Assembly (NCBI GenBank): GCA_022843265.1
Contig: JALHNZ010000003.1
Location: 64,645 to 128,644, forward strand
Direction of reading: 5' to 3'
Source of the DNA: Gemmatimonadaceae bacterium
Lineage (GTDB): Bacteria; Gemmatimonadota; Gemmatimonadetes; Gemmatimonadales; Gemmatimonadaceae
DNA length: 64,000 nt
Of the stretch, positions 51,909 through 63,558 are shown piece by piece. The translations under genes and the position numbers were made by a program. The first letter of the stretch is position 1. Every line of letters begins with the position of its first letter. Under the pieces are notes generated by a model that had not been told where the DNA came from, did no database searches, and saw only the letters and a list, made by a program, of their open reading frames with translations.

Positions 51909-54900
51909 CAGGTCGCTGCTGCCTTGGCGGTAAGAAGTGTCTGCAAACTGCGAGCGGCGCGATGCACCAGCATGGGAGCTTGCCTGGCGCTGGCGCGTGA
52001 GACCGCCAACTGCAGGCTGATCTCGGCGGCGTCCCACTGCCCCGTGTCGCGCAGAATCTCTCCGCGCAGGCGCGCCAGCTCAGCATCCCAGTTGTGTTCA
52101 CCGGTTTCAAGCATAAGCCGGTCGGCATCGTCGAGTGCTTCCAGCGCCGCGCCATGGCTGCCGCTTCGCCAGTGCGCCTCGGCCAGCAACCAGAAGAAGT
52201 GCGTGGTGCCAATTTTTGACCCGCCCATAAGAAACATCTGCAGCGACGAGGCAATGGCAGACGCATCGTTGCGCGCCCACCCCAGATATGCCGCGGCGAC
52301 CGGGGCAATAAACAACCCGTACTGTTCCGCCAGCTCAAGCGTCTTGCTTCCGTGCAGTATGACGGCCTGACGATCTCCCTGCGCGGCTGCTACCCAGCAC
52401 GCAGAGGTTTCCGCAACGGAAAGGCTGAACGGGTGATTGATGCGCGCAGCTTCTTTCAGTGCGAACGCTTGCAAGCGTTCGGCTTCGGCCACGTCGTCCA
52501 TCATCCACGCACATTCGGAGGCGAGCGACGCGGCCGCCACCACGATATCGAGCGCCGTGTACACGCGGGAATGTTGCACTCGATCGGGATAGTCCATGGC
52601 CAGCACGGCATGCAAATGCTCGCGCGCGGCGGGAAAGTTGCCGAGGAAACGGTGCGTGGAGCCGACGCAGTACAGCGCCTCCATACGCAACTCGCGCGCG
52701 CCGTTTTCGGAAATGCGCATAAGCCGTTCGGCCAGCTCGAACGCGCGGGGCAGATTACCCGACACGTACGTGGACACCCACAGCCCCACAATTACCCAGA
52801 ACAGTTCGTCTGCGTCATCAAGACGCTCGCAAATTTCGTTGGCGTGCGCATACGCGGCCACAGTTTCCGGCGCGGCGTACCCACGCGTTGAGGAATACGC
52901 GGTGGCCAGCATGGTTAGGGTGCGCAGTTCCAGCGGATCACGCTGCGGCCCGGAGGGCAGGGACTCGATCAGGGTGTGCGCGCGCTTGAGCTGTGACATT
53001 GCCTCGAGCAACGCCGACCGTTCCATGGCGCGCATGCCCGCCCGGGTCCAGGCGTGTACCGCGTCGTGCGTGCGCCCCGCTTCGGCCAGGTGATGCGCCA
53101 CCAACTCCGGTTGCTGTTCGGCCAGCGCTGCAAACTGTGTTTCAATGACCGTGGCTACGCGATCGTGCAGCACTCGACGCGTACTGCGCAGCAGCAGCGC
53201 GTAAGCCGCTTCCTGAATGAGCGCGTGTTTGAACGTGTATGTGGCGTTGGGTGCACTGCCGCGCTGATAGAGCAGTTCCGCATCTACCAGCACCGCGAGC
53301 TGTTCACGCAGTGTGGGTTCGTCGTATTGCGACACTGCCAGTACGAGATCATATCCAAAGTTGCGCCCCAGTACGGCGCCCACTTGGGCAATGTCTTTTG
53401 CATCACCCAGGCGATCGAGGCGCGCCAGCAGCGAGTCCTGGAGCGTTTCCGGCACTTCCATCAAATGCACCAACGACGCGGCGTCCACCCGCGCTCCACC
53501 TTCGACCACGCCGAGCTCCAGCATCATGCGCGTGAGCTCTTCCGCGAACACCGGAATGCCATCGGTTTTCTGTACCACCTGTGTGATCAGTGCAGCCGGC
53601 AACTTTTTATCGCCCGCCAGCTGCGTGATCAACGCGCGCACATCCTGATCACTCAATCGCGACAACGTCAGGTGCGACACATGCGATCGGGAACGCCACG
53701 GCACGGTAAAGTCTGGGCGAACGGTGAAGATGGTCAACAAGCCGGGCACAGGCGGCTGCTCCACAAGCAACGTGAGAAACTCCAACGTTGACGGGTCGGC
53801 CCAGTGGAGATCTTCCATCACCAACACCAACGGCTTGCGCTCGGCCGCACGCACCAGCACTTGCACTACCATGTCGAGCGTGCGCTGCTTCCGCACGTGG
53901 TTTTCAATGTGCGTGCGCGGGTAGTCGGCGCTCAGCGGTGTGGAAAGCAGCGGCGCGAGCAGCGGAACAGCCGCGTGTTTGTCGAGCGCCAGCTCGGCAA
54001 CAAATGCTTCGATCAATCGCAGGCGTTCGTCGGGGGTTGCCTGATCATCAAATCCGATCATGCCTTCCAGCATATCGGCCACCGGCAGCAGCGCGCTGCT
54101 TTGATGCACCGCCGCAGAGCGTCCCACAATGCACGTGAAGCCCTCTTCCTGTGCCCGCATGCGCGCCGCTTGCACCAGACGTGACTTGCCGACACCCGCT
54201 TCGCCGCTCAGCAACACAATGAAGCCGTTGCCCTCGCGCGTGGCACTGAGTCGGCGCGTGAGCAGCCCCAGTTCTTCGTCGCGTCCGATCAGCGGGCTGA
54301 GTCGCCGCGCGTCATCGAGCTCAAATCGTCCGCTCCGGCGTGCCTCGCGCAGCACCTGATACACCGTGACCGGGCGCGACACACCGCGCAGTTCTTTGGT
54401 GCCCAGATCATCGAGCTCAAACCAGCCCTGCAACAATCGCTGCGTTTCACCCGAGAGCAGAATGCCATCGGGCTCGGCAATGCTTTGCAGTCGCGCCGCG
54501 ATGTTTGGTGTGGAGCCGAGTGCGAGTCGCTCGCGTGTGGAACCACCGCCCACTTCGCCGGCCACGACTGATCCGGTGTGAATGCCAATGCGCACCGACA
54601 GCGCACCGGCGCCGGTGGCGGCCACGGTGCGTGCGTTCAGGGCGCGCATGGCGTCGAGAATGCCAAGGGCGGCCAGGGCCGCGCGTCGCGCGTCGTCTTC
54701 GTGTGCCTGCGGAAAGCCGAAATACACCAGCAGTCCGTCGCCCAGATACTGCGCAATGTGTCCGTCAAATCGTGCAATCGCTTCGGCGCAGGCGAGCTGA
54801 TATTCGCGCACGAGATCGCGGTACACTTCGGCGTCGAGGTGATCGGCCAGCGAGGTTGAGTCTACCAGATCGCAGAACAGCACCGTGAGCTGGCGTCGTT

Positions 54901-55267
54901 CGCCGTCGGCCCGATCGAGGCGAAACTCCGGGAGTGTGCTGGTGGGGGCAGAGGCGACAGGCTCCGCTGATGCCGCTGCGGGAGCGAACGGCGCGGCTGT
55001 TTCCGCGGCCTTGCCCGGAACGGCCGATGCGAGGCTTTCGCCACACCCACCGCAGAACTTGAACGTGGCGGGGTTTTCAAAGCCGCACGCGGCGCAGGAG
55101 CTGGGCAAACGCGTGCCGCATCCACCGCAGAAGCGCATGGCCGCGGAGTTTTCAAAGTCGCATGACCCGCAACGCTTAATCACCGGTTTACCAGCCGAAT
55201 GTGGTTGGTCGCTTCTAGATGAGCTCGGCGAATCTACAGGCTGCGGGTGTGGCGGGCCAGACGGCAC
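51908..55267 (-). CDS. Double zinc-ribbon + class III adenylate/guanylate cyclase + STAND P-loop ATPase + TPR signalling protein
   Basis: 1119 aa with a GTG start at 55265-55267 (uncertain). Zinc ribbons are CGSCDFEN..FCGGCG and CAACGFEN..FCGGCG. Cyclase blocks are RQLTVLFCDLVDST, IAQYLGDGLLVYFG, VRIGIHTGSVVAGEVG and GSTPNIAARLQS. The Walker A is LSGEAGVGKSRL and the Walker B-like block is LVLVMEDLHWAD, followed by a long TPR-like C-terminus. Confidence 0.85.
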   Translation of the reverse strand: MPSGPPHPQPVDSPSSSRSDQPHSAGKPVIKRCGSCDFENSAAMRFCGGCGTRLPSSCAACGFENPATFKFCGGCGESLASAVPGKAAETAAPFAPAAASAEPVASAPTSTLPEFRLDRADGERRQLTVLFCDLVDSTSLADHLDAEVYRDLVREYQLACAEAIARFDGHIAQYLGDGLLVYFGFPQAHEDDARRAALAALGILDAMRALNARTVAATGAGALSVRIGIHTGSVVAGEVGGGSTRERLALGSTPNIAARLQSIAEPDGILLSGETQRLLQGWFELDDLGTKELRGVSRPVTVYQVLREARRSGRFELDDARRLSPLIGRDEELGLLTRRLSATREGNGFIVLLSGEAGVGKSRLVQAARMRAQEEGFTCIVGRSAAVHQSSALLPVADMLEGMIGFDDQATPDERLRLIEAFVAELALDKHAAVPLLAPLLSTPLSADYPRTHIENHVRKQRTLDMVVQVLVRAAERKPLVLVMEDLHWADPSTLEFLTLLVEQPPVPGLLTIFTVRPDFTVPWRSRSHVSHLTLSRLSDQDVRALITQLAGDKKLPAALITQVVQKTDGIPVFAEELTRMMLELGVVEGGARVDAASLVHLMEVPETLQDSLLARLDRLGDAKDIAQVGAVLGRNFGYDLVLAVSQYDEPTLREQLAVLVDAELLYQRGSAPNATYTFKHALIQEAAYALLLRSTRRVLHDRVATVIETQFAALAEQQPELVAHHLAEAGRTHDAVHAWTRAGMRAMERSALLEAMSQLKRAHTLIESLPSGPQRDPLELRTLTMLATAYSSTRGYAAPETVAAYAHANEICERLDDADELFWVIVGLWVSTYVSGNLPRAFELAERLMRISENGARELRMEALYCVGSTHRFLGNFPAAREHLHAVLAMDYPDRVQHSRVYTALDIVVAAASLASECAWMMDDVAEAERLQAFALKEAARINHPFSLSVAETSACWVAAAQGDRQAVILHGSKTLELAEQYGLFIAPVAAAYLGWARNDASAIASSLQMFLMGGSKIGTTHFFWLLAEAHWRSGSHGAALEALDDADRLMLETGEHNWDAELARLRGEILRDTGQWDAAEISLQLAVSRASARQAPMLVHRAARSLQTLLTAKAAAT

Positions 55268-55317
55268 GGTCGGAACGCCCGCGCGAACCCATCGGACCTC
55301 AGCGGGGTTCGTAGCGC

Positions 55318-56193
55318 ATGACTCATCGCTTCATCAGCAAAACATTCGCCGCGGCGGCGGTCGTTCTGCCGCTTGTGCTCGGCGGCTGCGCCTCGCTGGC
55401 GCTGGGCGCCGCCAATCTTATCGAGAACGGCAACGCGCCCTCCACTGAACTCGCGTACGGTGACGGGGCGCGTCAACGGTACGATGTGTATCGCCCGGTC
55501 GGAGCTAGTGGGGAGCTGCTTCCTGGTCCGCTGCCCGTGGTCATTTTTGTGCATGGCGGCAGTTGGGAAACGGGAGACAAGGGCTCGTATCGGTGGGTGG
55601 GGCAGGGCATCGCGGCGCAGGGATTTATTGCGGTGTTGCCCAACTACGGCCTCATGCCGGAGCGTCGCTTTCCAGGGTTTGTCGACGATGCCGCGCGTGC
55701 CGTTGCGCATGCCCGCACGCAGCTCACCGCGTGGGGCGGCGACACGTCGCGCGTGGTGCTGATGGGGCACAGCGCCGGTGCGCACATTGCGGCGCTTGTA
55801 GCCTACGACGCTCGGTATCTGGCCGCGCACGGGCTCACGCCGCGCATGTTCTCTGGTTTTGTGGGGCTGTCGGGTCCGTACGATTTCATCTTCGACACGG
55901 AGCTGCTCCAGCGCACGTTCTCAGGTACCGCCGCACAGGAGTATGATGCGTTGCCGGTGCATTTTGCATCGCCCCAGTCGCCGCGCACGCTGCTCGTGAT
56001 GGGACGCGATGACAGCACCGTCAAACCCCGCAACACACACGCGCTCGCTGCGCGGCTCGGCCAAGTGGGCACACCGTTTGACACGCTGTGGGTCGACGGA
56101 ACACACGGCGTATCCGTCAGTGCGTTTGCGCGCCACAATCGTGGTGACAGTGAGATCCTGCGACGCGTACGGGAGTTTGTGTTGGCGCGTTAG
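55318..56193 (+). CDS. Alpha/beta hydrolase (esterase/lipase-like) lipoprotein
   Basis: The lipobox is LPLVLGGCAS. The oxyanion block is VIFVHGGSWETGDK and the nucleophile elbow is LMGHSAGAH. Confidence 0.75.
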   Translation: MTHRFISKTFAAAAVVLPLVLGGCASLALGAANLIENGNAPSTELAYGDGARQRYDVYRPVGASGELLPGPLPVVIFVHGGSWETGDKGSYRWVGQGIAAQGFIAVLPNYGLMPERRFPGFVDDAARAVAHARTQLTAWGGDTSRVVLMGHSAGAHIAALVAYDARYLAAHGLTPRMFSGFVGLSGPYDFIFDTELLQRTFSGTAAQEYDALPVHFASPQSPRTLLVMGRDDSTVKPRNTHALAARLGQVGTPFDTLWVDGTHGVSVSAFARHNRGDSEILRRVREFVLAR

Positions 56194-56285
56194 TCAGGCA
56201 CTGTGGTCGTGTAGCCGCGAGGGCCAACGACGATTCGAGAGCTACCGCCGACTGCGCAATGGTGCAGCACGCCGCATCTAATGCG

Positions 56286-57161
56286 TCACCGTCTTGGAAC
56301 CAGCCGTAGCTGATGCGACAAAAACGGCGTCATCTCTGCTTCAAAGAGTGGCACGTTGTTCCATGCCGCGTGTCCCTGGCCCGTGAGCGTCACGAGGCGA
56401 TGCGTGACGCCAACTTGTGCGGCGCGTGCCACCAACTGCTCAGCCTCAACGTACGGCACCGTCGTGTCTTCCGTGCCGTGAAAAATGAGCACAGGCGGAT
56501 CACCCGCCTGCATGACGGAGTCTGCGGCACCAGGGAGACTGCCCCAGAAATTCACGACGGCCACCACATCTGACGAGAACCCCGGGTTTCCGCTCATGCC
56601 TTCGCCCCACGCATTTTCGTAGGCCGCGAACAAGGCCGTGATGCCGCCCGCTGAACTTCCCACCACGGCAATCCGCGATGTATCCAGTTTGAGTGCGCTG
56701 CGACTGGCGCGCACCCAGCGTACTGCAGCGCGTGCATCATGCACCGCGTCACGAATTCCGCTCATGGGATCAGCGTTGAACGCCGTTGGCGAGCGCAGTC
56801 GATAACTGATGGACACGCTCACGTAACCGCGAAGCGCCATCGATCGCGCGAGCCTTGGGATCTGCCCATCAGTTCGTGTGCCGGAGACAAATCCTCCGCC
56901 GTGGATCCACACCAGCACCGGACGCGCTGAGGCGGTGTCTCCGGTGGGTGTGTAGAGGTCGAGCAGCAACGGCGCGGGGCTTGTGCCTCCGGCGGGCACA
57001 GATGCGCCGTAGGTGATGCCGGTTTGCGTGGTCGCGGCGTTAAACACCGTGTCGACGTAGCGCGTTTTTTCCTGTACGTCGTCGAGCGGCACCGTGGCTG
57101 ACGACGTGCAGGCGGCAAGGGCAGCGACAACAGTAACCAGCACGGGACAACGGTATCTCAC
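56286..57161 (-). CDS. Alpha/beta hydrolase (carboxylesterase, fold-3-like) lipoprotein
   Basis: GTG start 57159-57161. The lipobox is VVAALAAC. Blocks are VLVWIHGGGFVSG, VVGSSAGG and the His region LTGQGHAAW. Confidence 0.75.
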   Translation of the reverse strand: MRYRCPVLVTVVAALAACTSSATVPLDDVQEKTRYVDTVFNAATTQTGITYGASVPAGGTSPAPLLLDLYTPTGDTASARPVLVWIHGGGFVSGTRTDGQIPRLARSMALRGYVSVSISYRLRSPTAFNADPMSGIRDAVHDARAAVRWVRASRSALKLDTSRIAVVGSSAGGITALFAAYENAWGEGMSGNPGFSSDVVAVVNFWGSLPGAADSVMQAGDPPVLIFHGTEDTTVPYVEAEQLVARAAQVGVTHRLVTLTGQGHAAWNNVPLFEAEMTPFLSHQLRLVPRR

Positions 57162-57223
57162 GAGGCTGCCTTGAACAGAAGTGGTGTACGTACGTTCGAA
57201 GAGGACGTATTCGCCATCGCCTC

Positions 57224-59638
<2,415 letters not shown>

Positions 59639-59711
59639 GTGGATCGGTGAAACAAGGACTCCGAGCAGTGCTGCGCAAGAGCGCGGGTGCGCGCGGTGCT
59701 ACTTTTCAAAC

Positions 59712-60638
59712 GTGAATCGACGTCGACTGATCTTGTTGGTCGTACTGCCGGTGGCCCTGATCGCAAGCGCCATCCTGCTGTACACACCAGACGCCTCGCG
59801 CAGTGCGCTTGAGGCCCGGTATCTCGAAAGCCCCGCACAGCTGCGCACCATCGCGGGCATGACCGTGCATGTGCGCGACAACGGACCGCGCGATGCACCC
59901 GCGCTCATTCTCTTGCACGGCATGGGCGCGAGTCTGCATACGTGGGAGCCGTGGGCGCACGCGCTCGCCGACAGCTTTCGTGTGATTCGCTTTGACTTGC
60001 CGGGACACGGTCTCACGCCAGCGGATCTCACGGGTGACTACCGCGACGCGCGCAGCCACGAGATACTCGCGGCGCTCATGGACACGCTCGGCGTGACACG
60101 CGCTACGCTGATCGGCAACTCGATGGGCGGCCGCATTGCGTGGTCCTTTGCGGCTGAACGTCCGGAGCGCGTGGAGAAACTCGTCCTCATTTCGCCCGAC
60201 GGTTTTGCCAGTCCGGGCTTTGCGTACGACACACCCGCCGAAGTGCCCGCGTCGATGGGACTGATGCGTTATGTGTTGCCCAGGTGGATGCTACGCATGA
60301 CGCTGGCGCCGGCGTATGCGGATCCGGCGGTGATGACGGATAGCCTTGCCGCGCGTTATCATGATTTCCTGATCGCTCCGGGTGCGCGCGTGGCGATGCT
60401 GGATCGAATGCGACAGACGGTGCTCACGGATCCGGTGCCGCGGTTGCGAAGCATTCAGGCGGCGACGTTGCTGTTATGGGGCGAGAAGGATGCGATGATC
60501 CCGATCAGAAACGCGCAGGATTATCTGGATGCGATGCCGAACGCGCGGCTGGTGCGGCTGCCGGGGTTGGGGCATTTGCCGTTTGAGGAGGCGCCGGTAG
60601 CGGCATTGCCGCCGCTGCGCGGGTTCCTGAAAGAGTAG
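59712..60638 (+). CDS. Alpha/beta hydrolase
   Basis: ORF 59619..60638. GTG 59712 gives the TM/signal segment NRRRLILLVVLPVALIASAILL; ATG 59637 is an alternative start. Blocks are LILLHGMGASLHTW, the nucleophile elbow GNSMGG, and GLGHLPFEE. Confidence 0.75.
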   Translation: MNRRRLILLVVLPVALIASAILLYTPDASRSALEARYLESPAQLRTIAGMTVHVRDNGPRDAPALILLHGMGASLHTWEPWAHALADSFRVIRFDLPGHGLTPADLTGDYRDARSHEILAALMDTLGVTRATLIGNSMGGRIAWSFAAERPERVEKLVLISPDGFASPGFAYDTPAEVPASMGLMRYVLPRWMLRMTLAPAYADPAVMTDSLAARYHDFLIAPGARVAMLDRMRQTVLTDPVPRLRSIQAATLLLWGEKDAMIPIRNAQDYLDAMPNARLVRLPGLGHLPFEEAPVAALPPLRGFLKE

Positions 60639-60650
60639 TAGCGCGCGAGT

Positions 60651-61364
60651 CTAGCGTTTTTCAGCGGCGACGTCTTGCATCGCCCGCACAATCGCAGGGA
60701 TGTCACGGTTTGCGAAAAGCCCCTGGCCAAAGAAGCCCACGTGCGCAACGCATGTGTTGCCGTTGGTCGCGATGTCGACAGGCTTGTTCAGCCCCGGAAC
60801 GGAATGCCAAGCCTTCGGGTCGATTGAGAAGATATCGGCCGCTTTCGACTTGGTCAGAATCCCGTAAGCGACAACGAACTGAACCGGATTCCTCTGCACG
60901 AACTGCCGCAACAATGCGAGGCGACGAAGCCACATCTCATCGGTCGTCAACTCGGGTGCGCCCGGAAGTCGAGTAGACCGGCCGCGCCTAGGATACGGAA
61001 AACATTCCATCAAGAACGTTGTTCCGTGCGAGCGACCGAGTTCGTTTCGCCAGTAACTACTCCATGCGTTGTGTTCATCCCAGAATGCGGATCCTGCCAG
61101 AGCGAGCGCAAATCGTGCTGCAGTATTCCACTGCTGCACCGGATTTTTGTGCGATTCCGCGAACGGATTGTAGCAGCCCGCGCTGGCGAGGACATGTTCG
61201 TGTGCGAAGCGCAGATCTTCGACATGCCGAAAAGATGCGCGCGCCGCAAGGTTGCGCTCTCCTTCGTCGGCCCGTTCCTCCAAGCCGAGGAATAGCAGCT
61301 CGATAGGGCCGTTCGGTCCGTAGCCGATGAAGTCAACGAGTGCGTTCCAGTCAATCTTCGGCAT
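60651..61364 (-). CDS. Hypothetical protein (orphan, lower GC than surroundings)
   Basis: ORF 60651..61508. ATG 61362-61364 is preceded by a strong SD, AAGGAG (plus-strand ctcctt 61371-61376). This start also removes the overlap with the upstream membrane-protein gene. I did not securely recognise any family. Confidence 0.55.
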   Translation of the reverse strand: MPKIDWNALVDFIGYGPNGPIELLFLGLEERADEGERNLAARASFRHVEDLRFAHEHVLASAGCYNPFAESHKNPVQQWNTAARFALALAGSAFWDEHNAWSSYWRNELGRSHGTTFLMECFPYPRRGRSTRLPGAPELTTDEMWLRRLALLRQFVQRNPVQFVVAYGILTKSKAADIFSIDPKAWHSVPGLNKPVDIATNGNTCVAHVGFFGQGLFANRDIPAIVRAMQDVAAEKR

Positions 61365-61420
61365 AGCGCCCTCCTTCGTAGCCAACGAATCGCCTTTGCT
61401 TCGTAGCGAACGCGCGCCCC

Positions 61421-61837
61421 CTACTTCAACCCACCCCGCGCCCGCGCCACGCGCCCACCGTACCACGCGCTCGGCAGCGGCACCAGCACACTCGCCACCA
61501 TCATCCAAATCGGATGCGGCAACTGCACAAGATTGATGATCACGAGCACCAGGCTGATCTGACCAATCACGAGGGCGGGCATCAGCCCACGATTCGGCGC
61601 AAGCTTTGACGCAACAAAACCACCGCCAAAGTTGCCGGCCGCATACGACAGCAGCACCATCAACAGTGCGGTGACTGGTACGCCGCCACCGGCGAGGTAA
61701 TCACGCATCTGCACCATGTCGCTCGCGTTGAGTCCGGGCGGCAGCGGGTGTAACAGCGTGCTGGCAAACTGCACACCGGCCACCAGCGCGGTGTGCACGA
61801 TGAGGCCAATCAGCAGGGCAAAGAGAAGACGACCCAT
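61421..61837 (-). CDS. Hypothetical small membrane protein (about 4 TM)
   Basis: ORF 61421..61906; start ATG 61835-61837 or 61847-61849. The sequence is MGRLLFALLIGLIVHTALVAG.., ..LLMVLLSYAAGNFGGGFVASKL.., ..ALVIGQISLVLVIINLV... Confidence 0.5.
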   Translation of the reverse strand: MGRLLFALLIGLIVHTALVAGVQFASTLLHPLPPGLNASDMVQMRDYLAGGGVPVTALLMVLLSYAAGNFGGGFVASKLAPNRGLMPALVIGQISLVLVIINLVQLPHPIWMMVASVLVPLPSAWYGGRVARARGGLK

Positions 61838-62146
61838 CTGAACTCCCATCAAAAGATGCAGGCAGTCAGCGCGCCGGTATGAAGCGCCGAGCTCTCCCGT
61901 CAGCATTCAATGTGCGTTGTTGTCGAATCATGGGGTAAGGCTTCTGGGATGATTTCAGCGCCGCCTCACGCCCAAATCGCGAGATCAGGCCACAATCCGC
62001 CCATGGTTGAGCTCGCCATTCGCCGATCTGAACGTTCCCTCGCACTGCCCTTGCCGCTCTTGAAACTTACGTCGTAAGCGCACGTAACGTACGATGTAAG
62101 TAATCGATCGGTCACGTTCGTTTCGTCGCGTCCCACACCCCGTCCC

Positions 62147-63097
62147 ATGCCTTTCGTCCCCATGCGTTCCTTGAGCCGCCCGATCATCGCGCTGCTTCTC
62201 TGCACTGGAGTCTTCACCACCGGTCTTCTCACCACCCCCAGGCGCCTCGTGGCGCAGCCCTCCGCCATGGCTGACGATGCGTTGCAACACCCGAACGGTG
62301 TCAGCAGCTCCGCAGCGGTTGCGCACTCGCAGACCTGCGACGCCACGTTCAGTCGGAAGGGCAACGTCATGACCGGGCTGAAGTTCACCGCGATGTCGAG
62401 TGTCGCGGACCTCTCTACACCCGATGCGATCAAACAACTGCGCGCGATTGTGATCGCGCGCGGCTACGATGTGCTCGCTACCGAGCCCGAAGCCGGAGAT
62501 TTGCTGTTGGAAATGCCGCAATCGGCGAGTCAGCGGTCGTTCGGCATCGTGGCCAAGGCCACGTCTGAAGGCACCGTGACAACGGTGCAGATGCAGGCCA
62601 GTTTGCGCCGCGGCGCCTCGGCCGATAACGACGTGGTGAAGACCGAGCTCTGTGGCATGCTCACCGAGCTGAAAGGCGGTGACGCCGGCAAAGCTGCCGC
62701 GAACGCGGAGCCGAGCTCGGCCGGCAATGCGCCAACGGTACTGAATGCGCAAATACTGGCCGACCGGTTGTCGAGTGAGCGGGACAAAAACGTGAACGAG
62801 ATTCCGCTGCGCTACAAGGATCGCATGTTCACGCTCGATGGCGTGGTGGCGTCGGTGATACGTGACGGCGAGAGTTACAGCGTGATTTTTGACATTACAC
62901 CGTGGGAAAAGAAGGCGGTGCGTTTGCCGGGTGAGTCGCGGACCAAAACCGACATCGTCTGCCTGCTCGCATCAGGCCAGTCGGTCTTTGCGTTAACGCT
63001 CAAGCCCAAGAGCAAAGTGACGCTGACGGGCACCTTCCGTGAGTACCGCCAGTTCCCGTCAACAATGTGGCTGGCGGAGTGCAAAGCCGTGAAGTAA
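62147..63097 (+). CDS. Hypothetical secreted protein with C-terminal OB-fold-like (tRNA_anti-like) module
   Basis: The signal/TM is MPFVPMRSLSRPIIALLLCTGVFTTGLL. The C-terminus YKDRMFTLDGVVASVIRDGESYSVIFDI..VCLLASGQSVFALTLKPKSKVTLTGTF resembles OB-fold tRNA_anti-like domains. Confidence 0.5.
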   Translation: MPFVPMRSLSRPIIALLLCTGVFTTGLLTTPRRLVAQPSAMADDALQHPNGVSSSAAVAHSQTCDATFSRKGNVMTGLKFTAMSSVADLSTPDAIKQLRAIVIARGYDVLATEPEAGDLLLEMPQSASQRSFGIVAKATSEGTVTTVQMQASLRRGASADNDVVKTELCGMLTELKGGDAGKAAANAEPSSAGNAPTVLNAQILADRLSSERDKNVNEIPLRYKDRMFTLDGVVASVIRDGESYSVIFDITPWEKKAVRLPGESRTKTDIVCLLASGQSVFALTLKPKSKVTLTGTFREYRQFPSTMWLAECKAVK

Positions 63098-63117
63098 CGG
63101 TCACGGGCTCGCGCCGC

Positions 63118-63558
63118 CTACGACGTCCGCGTCAGCGGATTGCGCACCGTCAATCCGCCAAACCGACTGAAGTCGCGATCCGCGCTCCAGAGCTCCGCGA
63201 CACCATGGTTCACACACAGCGCGGCGATTCGGCCGTCGTGAACCATGGGGCCGGCAACCTTGCCTCGGAGCGCTATCTCGCGAAGGGTGACCCAGTAACT
63301 CGGCGATTCGCCGAGCAGGGTGACGGTGGGTGACTCGAGCCACGCGTCAACCTGATCGCAGGCACGGGCCAGTGGAGTGGGCGGCGCGAAGATGCGTGGG
63401 TGTGTGACAACGGCGAGAAACTCGTGCACACACGGCCACGGGATGGCCCATGGCGCAGCGCCGTTGGCGAGCCCCGCCACAACCTCCGCGGCCGCCGCAT
63501 GCCACTCGGAATCCGCACGGTGCGCGTACACGAGAATGTTCGTGTCGACCGCGATCAT
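63118..63558 (-). CDS. vapC: Type II toxin, PIN-domain VapC family
   Basis: MIAVDTNILVYAHRADSEWH..CVHEFLAVVTHPRIF..VHDGRIAALCVNHGVAELWSADRDFSRF carries the PIN acidic residues. Confidence 0.8.
   Translation of the reverse strand: MIAVDTNILVYAHRADSEWHAAAAEVVAGLANGAAPWAIPWPCVHEFLAVVTHPRIFAPPTPLARACDQVDAWLESPTVTLLGESPSYWVTLREIALRGKVAGPMVHDGRIAALCVNHGVAELWSADRDFSRFGGLTVRNPLTRTS

Noticed and set aside
51909-52037. N-terminal extension of Pyr4-like paralogue B (MGRRRDQPAVGG...)
   Set aside because: It overlaps the 3' end of the cyclase-STAND gene. The ATG at 51906-51908 gives a stop/start junction and a protein that begins just before the first TM helix.
61365-61508. Longer version of the orphan ORF 60651..61508
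   Set aside because: The extension would overlap the upstream membrane-protein gene by ~90 nt. The internal ATG at 61364 has a canonical AAGGAG SD.
62051-62090. Sigma-70-like promoter guesses (TTGAAA or TTGCCG with TAACGT or TAAGCG)
   Set aside because: The spacings (18-19 nt) and -10 hexamers are poor, so I did not call a promoter here.
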